Assembly: GCA_036396255.1 (NCBI GenBank)
Contig: DASWLF010000374.1
Span: 1 to 27,821, forward strand
Direction: 5' to 3'
DNA length: 27,821 nt
Source: Desulfobaccales bacterium
GTDB taxonomy: Bacteria; Desulfobacterota; Desulfobaccia; Desulfobaccales; 0-14-0-80-60-11
Below are positions 15,184 to 22,843 of the stretch, piece after piece (position 1 is the first letter of the stretch; every line of letters begins with the position of its first letter). The notes beneath the pieces are model-generated. The model was not told the origin of the DNA and did no database searches. It saw nothing but the letters and a program-made list of their open reading frames with translations. The translations under genes were made by a program, and so were the position numbers.

Positions 15184-16667
15184 AGGATGGGCAGCCGGAC
15201 GGTGAAGGTGGCCCCGGCGCCCACGCTGCTGTCCACCTCAATGGTCCCCAGGTGCTGTTTGATGATGGAATAGGAGATGGAGAGCCCCAGGCCCGAGCCC
15301 TGGCCCACCGGGGCGGTGGTGTAAAAGGGGTCGAAGATCTTGTCCAGGTCCTGGGGGGAGATGCCGTGGCCGGTGTCGGAGATGCGGACCCACACTTCGT
15401 CTGCGTCCGAACCCAGGGCGGTGGTTAACACCCCGCCGTCGGGCATGGCCTTGATGGCATTCAGGAACAGGTTCAGAAACGCCTGTTGCAACAGGGCCTC
15501 GATGCCGCTGATCCACACGGGCCCGGCCGTCAGTTGGCTCACCAGCTCGATCTTTTGCACCCTGGCCTGGGTGGTGACCAGGGACAGGGTCTCCTTCAGC
15601 ACCGCGATCAGGTCGGTCTGCTGCCGGGCCATTTCCACCGAAGGCCGGGCGAACCGCAGCAGGTTCTCGATGATCATGCAGGCCCGGTTGATGCCGGCGT
15701 GGATCTTGTGGGCGCACTCCTGCCGCAGCTCCGGGTCATCCTGGTCGGCCATGAGGAACTGGGCCGCGGAGGAGCAGACGGCCAGGGGGTTGCGCACCTC
15801 GTGGGCGATGCCTCCGGCCATCACCCCCAGGGCCGCCAGCTTCTGGGACTGGAGCAGCTGGGCTTCGAATTTGCGGCGCTCGGTGAGGTCCCGGCCCACC
15901 GCCACCACCCCCGCGGTCTTGGACTGGTCGTCGATCAAGGGGGAGCACACCCAGGAGACCTGGACCTGCCCGCCGTCCCGGGTCACCAGGTCCCACTCCG
16001 CCATTTGCGAGTCCTGGCCGGTCTTCAGGCTGGCGAAGACCCGCTTCATTTCCGCCTGCTGCTCCGGGGCGCAGAAATCGCTGAAGGCCCGGCCCTTGAC
16101 TGCGGGGAAGCCAAATCCCGACAGGTGTTCCGCCGCGGTGTTCCAGGTCAGGATCTTGCCGTCGTTGTCGGTGGAAAGCACCATGTCCCGGGCGCTTTCC
16201 ACCACGGATGCCAGGTGGCGCTCCACCCGCCGCACCTCTTCGCTCAGGCGCACCTGCTCGGTCACGTCCTCCATCAGGAGCATGGCCTGCTCCACTTTGC
16301 CGTTCCAGGAGAAGGGGAGGACGCTGTAGTAATAGATGCGCAGGGGAATCCCCGGGGCCCGGTAAGTCATGCGCTCCCCCCGGGTGGGCTGGTTCTGCTC
16401 CAGGGCCTGGCGCAGGCGGCCGTCGATGTTGACATGGTCCAGAATGATGGCCGGGAACACCTCATCCAGGCGGCGGCCGATGGTGTCCGCCGGGGAGCGC
16501 CGCATCTTCTTCAGGAAATTCCGGTTAACCGAGGCGATCCGCAGGTCCCGGTTAATGAGCAGCACCGAGGAGGGAATGGCCTCCAGGAGCATCTCGTAGA
16601 GTTTCTGATAACGTTGCGGCGATTTGGGGGAGGCAGACTCGGCTGCCATCGCCGGCGGCTGTTCCAT
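15180..16667 (-). CDS. PAS-PAS sensor histidine kinase (GvrB-like by synteny)
   Basis: Two PAS domains, H-box GIAHEVRNPL, N-box QAFLNLFLNAIKAM, DTGHGI and GSGLGLSI. No transmembrane segment is evident. Confidence 0.93.
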   Translation of the reverse strand: MEQPPAMAAESASPKSPQRYQKLYEMLLEAIPSSVLLINRDLRIASVNRNFLKKMRRSPADTIGRRLDEVFPAIILDHVNIDGRLRQALEQNQPTRGERMTYRAPGIPLRIYYYSVLPFSWNGKVEQAMLLMEDVTEQVRLSEEVRRVERHLASVVESARDMVLSTDNDGKILTWNTAAEHLSGFGFPAVKGRAFSDFCAPEQQAEMKRVFASLKTGQDSQMAEWDLVTRDGGQVQVSWVCSPLIDDQSKTAGVVAVGRDLTERRKFEAQLLQSQKLAALGVMAGGIAHEVRNPLAVCSSAAQFLMADQDDPELRQECAHKIHAGINRACMIIENLLRFARPSVEMARQQTDLIAVLKETLSLVTTQARVQKIELVSQLTAGPVWISGIEALLQQAFLNLFLNAIKAMPDGGVLTTALGSDADEVWVRISDTGHGISPQDLDKIFDPFYTTAPVGQGSGLGLSISYSIIKQHLGTIEVDSSVGAGATFTVRLPIL

Positions 16668-16732
16668 GAAGCCTCCTTGGGCCCGCCTTGCAAGGCACTC
16701 TCAGTATCAGCGGCATCTGGCCATCGGTCTGA

Positions 16733-17467
16733 CTAATCCGGCGGCAATGGGTGCTCTCCGTCGTCGGTAACAAAATTATAGGGAGGCCAGGGGCCGCTCA
16801 ACAGCAGCTTGGCCGCGGCGGTGCGGCTGAAGCGGCGAAACCTCTGGCGGAAAGACGCCACCCGTGGCCGGGGCACCAGAAAATATAACGACAGCAAGGG
16901 CAGGCGGGGCGGCGGGCCTTCTGCTTTGACCTTGGTAAACAGTCCGGAAAAAGTGCCCTGCAGTTCCCGAACCAGCCGGCCATGTTCCCGGCTCCACCCC
17001 TCCAGGCGGTGGTAATGGACCTCCCGGGCCTTTAGGTAGGCCAAGCCGGGGGAAGCCGGCCCGGCGCCGTCCTTTAGGCCCACCGGCACCGGGGCCGCCG
17101 GAGGGGTGGCCGGCACCGGCACCAGGAGGCGAATTCCCATCTCCACGCAGCCGTCCAGTTCCTGCAAGAGGGCGGCATAGCGGGGGCCGCGCTCTAAGAG
17201 CAGGCGGGCCACCTGGGATTCGTCGGCCAGACGGCAGCCATAGCGCAGGGGAATCACGGTGCGGCGCCGGTTCAGAGACGCCACCACCTGTTCGTGGGCC
17301 CGGACCCCGGCGAGGTCGAAGGACAGGTCTCCCTCATCAACCCGGGAGACGGCCAGGCCCAGGTGTTGGTGGCAGACCAGGTGCACGGTCTGCCCCCCCA
17401 CCCCCGGGGGCATGGCGGGGTTCGCCGACTCCGGCCGGCGCAGGGCGCAATAGAGGTGGTAACTCAA
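16733..17467 (-). CDS. GvpF/GvpL-family protein (GvpF3-like)
   Basis: YHLYCAL, VIPLRYGC, CVEMGIRL and SGPWPPYNFV. TTG start overlaps the upstream TGA. Confidence 0.9.
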   Translation of the reverse strand: MSYHLYCALRRPESANPAMPPGVGGQTVHLVCHQHLGLAVSRVDEGDLSFDLAGVRAHEQVVASLNRRRTVIPLRYGCRLADESQVARLLLERGPRYAALLQELDGCVEMGIRLLVPVPATPPAAPVPVGLKDGAGPASPGLAYLKAREVHYHRLEGWSREHGRLVRELQGTFSGLFTKVKAEGPPPRLPLLSLYFLVPRPRVASFRQRFRRFSRTAAAKLLLSGPWPPYNFVTDDGEHPLPPD

Positions 17468-18387
17468 GGGTCGGTCTCCATGGTCAGGGAAGGAGAGAAG
17501 CTATACGGCGGCCAGGGGCCGGTGCATTCAAAGACCAGGCCGTAGGGGCTATGAAGGCGGTTGGCCGCTTCGATCCTGGCCTTGAAGCCGAAGGCGGCCG
17601 CCTTGGGAACCAGATAAGCCCAATTCAGAATCATTTCCTGGCCGCTGCCGTTGCCGCCCCGGTCCGAGAGCCGCCCCTGGGCCCAGTGCAGGGCGCAATC
17701 CTGAAGCGCCGCGCCCAACTCCTGGCAGACTTCCCGGAGCCAGCGGGGAAGCTCCCGCTCGGCCACCCGCCGCAGACGCTGTTCCTCCAGGTATCTCCGG
17801 CCGGCCGGCAGACCATCCAGGCGGTCCCCTTCCTGGGCCAGCCGCTGGGCCAGGTGCGCTTCCAGGGCCAGGGCCCTGGTCAGCAACCCCTTGACCGCCC
17901 ATTCCTCCTGGTCCGCCACCCGGTCCAGGAACCGGGCCACCGTATCGTGGTGGACCCGTAAGAGCTGCTCCAGCCTTTCCCGGCAGGTGAACAGGGTGCC
18001 GAACCGGGCCGGCAACACCGGAGAGTTACGCATCACCGCCTCCACCACCTCCTGGTGGCGGCAGGCCCGGGGGCCCACCCAGGATAGGTCTTGCAAGTGG
18101 TGGGCGGCTTCCGGCCCGCAGAACTCCTCCAGAGGAACCTCGCAATAGATAGCCGCGAGATCCCCCAAACTCGCCAGACACAAAGGGCGCCCGTCCAGGC
18201 CGGCTCCCGGCAGGGGCGGCAGGAGGCTCAAACGGGCCAGGCAAAAGAGGTAAAGGCCGGAAGCTATCCCAGGGGTTTCAGGGATATTTTTTTCGCCTTT
18301 TCGCCTTTTCGCCTTTTGCCCCGAGGCACTTGGCGGAAAAGAGATTTGTTTATCCAAAGTTAGTCCCCTATCCAGGGCGGGGCTCAC
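17464..18387 (-). CDS. GvpF/GvpL-family protein (GvpF2-like)
   Basis: GLYLFCL, VLPARFGTLF, EEWAVK, LNWAYLV and GPWPPYSF. Start is GTG 18387 (GTGA overlap) or TTG 18357. Confidence 0.9.
   Translation of the reverse strand: MSPALDRGLTLDKQISFPPSASGQKAKRRKGEKNIPETPGIASGLYLFCLARLSLLPPLPGAGLDGRPLCLASLGDLAAIYCEVPLEEFCGPEAAHHLQDLSWVGPRACRHQEVVEAVMRNSPVLPARFGTLFTCRERLEQLLRVHHDTVARFLDRVADQEEWAVKGLLTRALALEAHLAQRLAQEGDRLDGLPAGRRYLEEQRLRRVAERELPRWLREVCQELGAALQDCALHWAQGRLSDRGGNGSGQEMILNWAYLVPKAAAFGFKARIEAANRLHSPYGLVFECTGPWPPYSFSPSLTMETDP
18290..18320. repeat. Octamer tandem repeat (TTTTCGCC)x3 + TTTTGCC inside the gvpF/L 5' coding region
   Basis: Units at 18290, 18298 and 18306, then a 7-nt variant at 18314. 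Confidence 0.85.
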
Positions 18388-20510
18388 TCCTGGCGCAACG
18401 CCTCCAGGGCCTTTTCCAGGTCCGGGGGGGTGATGAGCACCTGGCCCGGTTTTTTGCCCGGTCCTTTGCTCAGGGCCCGGCGCACCGCGCTCAGGGCCGC
18501 CTGGTTGCAGACCGAGGCGATTTCCGCGCCGCTGAACCCCTCGGTCCTGGCGGCCAGGGCCGCGGCGTCGATCCCCGGGGCCAGGGGTTTGCCCCGGAGG
18601 TGCACCTTGAAGATTTCCCGGCGGTCCTCTTCCTGGGCCGGGGGGATCTCCACGATCTCATCGAAGCGCCCCGGCCGGAGCACCGCGGGGTCCAGGATGT
18701 CCAGGCGGTTGGTGGCCCCCAGCACCAGCACCCCCTTCAGTTCCTCGATGCCGTCCAGCTCCGCCAGGAACTGGCTCAGGACCCGCTCGCTGACGTGGGA
18801 GTCGCCGGAGCCCACGCCCCGCATGGGCAGGAGGGCGTCGATCTCGTCCAGAAAAATAATGCACGGGGCCGCCTGCCGGGCCTTGCGGAAGATTTCCCGC
18901 ACCCCCCGCTCGGACTCCCCCACGTATTTGGAGAGCAGCGCCGGCCCCTTCACCGAGATGAAATTCACCCGGGACTCGTTGGCGATGGCCTTGGCCAACA
19001 GCGTCTTGCCGCAGCCCGGCGGGCCGGACAGGAGGATCCCCTTGGGGGGTTTGATCCCCGCCTCCTTGAAGAGATGGGCATACTGCAAGGGCCACTCCAC
19101 CGCCTCTTTCAGACGGTCCTTCACCCACTTGAGGCCGCCCACGTCCCGCCAGTAGACATCGGGCACCTCCACGAAGACCTCCCGGATGGCCGAGGGCTCC
19201 ACCTCCCGCAGGGCCCCCAGGAAGTCATCCATGTGCACCTCCAGCTTGGCCAGCTGCTCGTAAGGGATGGTGGTCAGGGAGAAATCGATGTCCGGCATGA
19301 GGCGGCGCAGGCAAATCATGGCGGCTTCCCGGCACAGGGCCTCCAGGTCGGCTCCCACGAAACCGTGGGTGATTTCCGCCAGGTGGCTCATGTCCACGTC
19401 CTCGGACAGGGGCATGCCCCGGCTGTGGATCTCCAGGACCTCCAGGCGGCCGTGGCGGTCGGGAATGGGGATGGCGATCTCCCGGTCAAAGCGCCCGGGG
19501 CGGCGCAGGGCCGGGTCCAGGATGTTGGGCAGATTGGTGGCGGCGATGACGATGACGTTCTGGCGCTTGGTGAGGCCGTCCATTAAAGCCAGGAGCTGGG
19601 CCACCACCCGTTTTTCCACGTCCCCCAACACGGTCTCCCGCCGGGGGGCGATGGAATCTATTTCGTCTATGAAGATGATACTGGGGCCCTTGCGGGAGGC
19701 CTCCTCGAAGATCTTGCGCAGGTGGGCCTCGGACTCGCCGTAAAACTTGTGCACCACCTCGGGGCCGCTCACCGAGAAGAAGTTGGCCTCCGTCTCCTGG
19801 GCGATGGCCCGGGCGATGAGGGTCTTGCCGCACCCCGGGGGGCCGTGCAGCAGAACGCCTTTGGGGGCGTCGATGCCCAGCCGCTGAAAGACCTCCGGGT
19901 AACGCAAGGGCAGCTCGATCATCTCCCGGATGCGCTGGAGTTGGGGCTTGAGGCCGCCGATGTCTTCGTAGGCCACCGCCGAGGTCGCCCGCACGCCCTC
20001 CTGGGGCTGGGCCTTGCCGATGACCAGAGTGGTGGTGGGGTTGATCAGCACCGGCCCCTTGGGGGTCAGCCGCTCCACCTTGAAGTCGGCCCAGCGGCTG
20101 CCGAACAGGGTGGCCCGGATACGGTCCCCCTCCAGCACCGGCAGCCCGTCCAGGAGGCTGCCGATGTACTTCAGGTCCCGGTCCTGGGGGGTGATGGTCA
20201 GCGGCGTCAGCACCACCCGCTCCGCCCCCCGGCAGGCGATTCTGCGGACCTGGACGTATTCGTCCAGGCCGGCGCCGGCGTTCTCCCGGCTGAGGCCGTC
20301 CAGCTGCACCCGGGACTGGCCCCGGAGCTCCTTATAGGCCGGCATGGCCTTGCACACCGCCCGGCGCTTCCCCGCCACCTCCACCAGGTCGCCGATGGCC
20401 ACCCCCAATTTTTCCAGGTCTTCGGGCCCCATGCGGGCAAAGGCCCGGCCCACGTCCTTGCTCAGGGCCTCCGTCACCTTCAGCTTGCCCGTTGCCTCCG
20501 GTTTCTTCAA
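18384..20510 (-). CDS. cdc48: CDC48/VCP-family AAA+ ATPase (GvpZ-like by synteny)
   Basis: N-domain (VGRAFARMGPEDL...VQLDG), D1 GPPGCGKT/IFIDEID, D2 GPPGCGKT/IFLDEID, and LRPGRFD twice. TTG start with a G-rich SD. Confidence 0.95.
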   Translation of the reverse strand: MKKPEATGKLKVTEALSKDVGRAFARMGPEDLEKLGVAIGDLVEVAGKRRAVCKAMPAYKELRGQSRVQLDGLSRENAGAGLDEYVQVRRIACRGAERVVLTPLTITPQDRDLKYIGSLLDGLPVLEGDRIRATLFGSRWADFKVERLTPKGPVLINPTTTLVIGKAQPQEGVRATSAVAYEDIGGLKPQLQRIREMIELPLRYPEVFQRLGIDAPKGVLLHGPPGCGKTLIARAIAQETEANFFSVSGPEVVHKFYGESEAHLRKIFEEASRKGPSIIFIDEIDSIAPRRETVLGDVEKRVVAQLLALMDGLTKRQNVIVIAATNLPNILDPALRRPGRFDREIAIPIPDRHGRLEVLEIHSRGMPLSEDVDMSHLAEITHGFVGADLEALCREAAMICLRRLMPDIDFSLTTIPYEQLAKLEVHMDDFLGALREVEPSAIREVFVEVPDVYWRDVGGLKWVKDRLKEAVEWPLQYAHLFKEAGIKPPKGILLSGPPGCGKTLLAKAIANESRVNFISVKGPALLSKYVGESERGVREIFRKARQAAPCIIFLDEIDALLPMRGVGSGDSHVSERVLSQFLAELDGIEELKGVLVLGATNRLDILDPAVLRPGRFDEIVEIPPAQEEDRREIFKVHLRGKPLAPGIDAAALAARTEGFSGAEIASVCNQAALSAVRRALSKGPGKKPGQVLITPPDLEKALEALRQE

Positions 20511-20535
20511 CTTCTCCCCCTCAAATATTCATTCA

Positions 20536-20567
20536 CCCCCACCCCCACCCTCCCCCTCAAGGGGGAG
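20536..20567. repeat. C/G-tract palindromic element
   Basis: CCCCCACCCCCACCCTCCCCC-TCAA-GGGGGAG, containing the hairpin CTCCCCC/GGGGGAG. Confidence 0.6.
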
Positions 20568-20636
20568 TAAAGGCAGGCCCGAGACCCCTGCAAAAGTATC
20601 AAGATCAATATTCTCGCGGGTGGAAGGTCTTGTAAG

Positions 20637-20738
20637 CCCCCCTCCCCCCCTTTAAGAAAGGGGGTAATTAAAGATAACTCCCTGATAAACCATGGAAACT
20701 AATCTTAAGTCCCCCTTTTTCTAAAGGGGGATTTAGGG
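20637..20738. repeat. Inverted pair of CCCCCTTT-N3/4-AAAGGGGG hairpin repeats
   Basis: Hairpins at 20646-20664 and 20711-20730, with related C-rich and G-rich outer flanks in opposite orientation. Confidence 0.7.
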
Positions 20739-20916
20739 CGATTATTTACGCCTTCCTCTTTTGACTAAGCCTTTTTCAGCTCTCGGTCCTTCTTTGGGGC
20801 GCTGATTAATAACGGCCTGCCGGTCAACCCCATGGGAGAAACCAGCAAGGGTCTAAAAAAAGGAAATTCCTGCGGTCTTCCTGCCCTCTTCGCCCTTTCG
20901 CCTGTTCCCCTCTGCC

Positions 20917-21435
20917 TCACCCCACGCACTTGATCTCCAGGATGCCGTTGTTGCAGGAGACCTTCATGCGGTCCCGGGGGTAGGCCCGGGGCAGGAGGAT
21001 CTCCTTGCGGTATTTCTTGTCGCCCCGGGCGGCGTGGATGGTCAGCAGGTCGTCTTTGACGTCCAGGCGCACCTCCTTGAGGCTGACGCCCGGGATTTCC
21101 GCCACCACCAGGGTGTAGCCCTTTTCTTCGAAGACATCCACCACGGGCTCCCGGATCTCCTGGACCGTGGTCTCGCCCGAGCCGGCATCCTGGCGCACGT
21201 TGCCGAAGGGCTCCACCTTGAACTCCTTGTCGCCCTTGTCCCCCAGGCCCACCTTCACGGTGAAGCCGTAAACGCCCTTGAGGTCCTTGCTCTCGCCCCG
21301 GATCTCCCCGCTTTTGGAGAGGGTCTCCCCCTTGTCGGCCAGCTCCCCCAGTTTCTCCACCAGGTCCGCCAGCCCCTTGAAGATTCCACCGAAGCTGTAT
21401 CCTGACTCCCCACCCTTCACTTTTCTGTTGGTCAT
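20917..21435 (-). CDS. Hsp20/alpha-crystallin small heat shock protein (GvpH-like)
   Basis: VYGFTVKVG...EPFGNV...IREPVVDVFEE...VVAEIPGV...YRKEILLP...CNNGILEIK. Confidence 0.9.
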   Translation of the reverse strand: MTNRKVKGGESGYSFGGIFKGLADLVEKLGELADKGETLSKSGEIRGESKDLKGVYGFTVKVGLGDKGDKEFKVEPFGNVRQDAGSGETTVQEIREPVVDVFEEKGYTLVVAEIPGVSLKEVRLDVKDDLLTIHAARGDKKYRKEILLPRAYPRDRMKVSCNNGILEIKCVG

Positions 21436-21448
21436 GAGTTCCTCCAGG

Positions 21449-22828
21449 CTAAATGATGCCGAATTGCTTCACCTTGGTGTGCATGGTCTTGTAATCTATC
21501 TGTAGCAGCCGGGCCGCCTTGGCCTTGTTGCCCCCGGTAAACTTGAGGACCTGGGCCAGGACTTCCTTCTCCACCGTGAAGACGCTCTGGCGCACGATCT
21601 CCCTGAGGGGCAATTCTCGCCAGGGGGTGCCCTGGACCTTGGGGGTGAAGGCCAGGCCAGGCACCGAGGCCCGCTTGATGTCCAGGTGTTTCTCGGTAAT
21701 GACGTCGTCGGCCATCAGGACCGCCCGGCGGATGATGGATCTGAGCTGGCGCACGTTTCCCGGCCAGGCGTAAGCGAACATGGCCTCCAGGCAGGACTCG
21801 GAGAACTTCGTCACGTTCTTTCGCAACTCCTGGTTGGTGATGTCCAGGAACCGCTTGGCCAGATAGGGGATGTCCTCTTTGCGCTCCCTCAGGGGCGGCA
21901 ACTGGATGGTGAACTCGTTTAAGCGGAAATAGAGGTCCCGGCGCATCAGACCCGATTCCACCAGGGTTTGCAGCTCCTGGTTGGTGGCCACCAGGACCCG
22001 GACGTCGATGGAGGTGGGTCTGGTGGTCCCCAGCTGGTAGACCACCCGGTCTTGCAGGGCCCGCAGCAACTTGGCCTGGGAGGCCAGGGACAGATTGGAG
22101 ATTTCGTCCAGGAACAGGGTCCCGCCCTGGGCCGCGGCGAACTTGCCGGGCTTGGGCAGCACCGCGCCGGTGAAGGCCCCCTTCTGGTAGCCGAAGAGTT
22201 CGCTCTCCAGCAAGGTCTCGGGAATGGCGCCGCAATCCACCGGGACAAAGACCTTTGGGTCCCGGCGGCTCAGCCGGTGTACGGCCCGGGCCACCAGCTC
22301 CTTGCCGGCGCCGGTCTCCCCCTGGATCACCACGCTGAAATCGGACCCGGCCACCCGGTTGACCTCGAAGATGATGCGGCTCACCGCATCGCTGGGACCC
22401 ATCATTTCCCGGAGGTCGGCGTCCGGCTGCTTCCGGGGGCGGCTGGTGAAACCCTGCCGCTGGGCCAGGGCCCGGCGCACCACCCGGGCTACCTGGGGGT
22501 GCTCGAAGGGTTTGGGCAGGTAATCGTAGGCGCCGGCCTTGATGGCTGCCACCGAGCCGGAGATGTCGGCATGGGCGGTGATCATCACCACCGGCAGTCC
22601 GGTGTCCATTTCTTTAACCCGGCGCAACACCTCCATGCCGTCCATGCCGGGCATCTTGAGGTCCAGCAGCAGGGCGTCGGGCCTGGCGCTCCCAATCATT
22701 TCCAGGGCGGTCTCGCCGTCGTGGGCGATCTGGCTCAGGAGCCCTTCTCCTTGCATGAGTCTGGAAAGCATCAAACAGATGTCCCGGTCGTCATCGACGA
22801 TGAGAATGCGGCGGCGGTGCGGTTCCAT
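21449..22828 (-). CDS. NtrC-family sigma54-dependent response regulator (GvrA-like by synteny)
   Basis: Receiver (LLDLKMPG, LPKPF), GETGAGKE, ESELFGYQKGAFTGA, LFLDEI, WPGNVRQL and a Fis-type HTH (GGNKAKAARLLQI). Confidence 0.95.
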   Translation of the reverse strand: MEPHRRRILIVDDDRDICLMLSRLMQGEGLLSQIAHDGETALEMIGSARPDALLLDLKMPGMDGMEVLRRVKEMDTGLPVVMITAHADISGSVAAIKAGAYDYLPKPFEHPQVARVVRRALAQRQGFTSRPRKQPDADLREMMGPSDAVSRIIFEVNRVAGSDFSVVIQGETGAGKELVARAVHRLSRRDPKVFVPVDCGAIPETLLESELFGYQKGAFTGAVLPKPGKFAAAQGGTLFLDEISNLSLASQAKLLRALQDRVVYQLGTTRPTSIDVRVLVATNQELQTLVESGLMRRDLYFRLNEFTIQLPPLRERKEDIPYLAKRFLDITNQELRKNVTKFSESCLEAMFAYAWPGNVRQLRSIIRRAVLMADDVITEKHLDIKRASVPGLAFTPKVQGTPWRELPLREIVRQSVFTVEKEVLAQVLKFTGGNKAKAARLLQIDYKTMHTKVKQFGII

Positions 22829-22843
22829 ATTTTCCCTCTAAGG

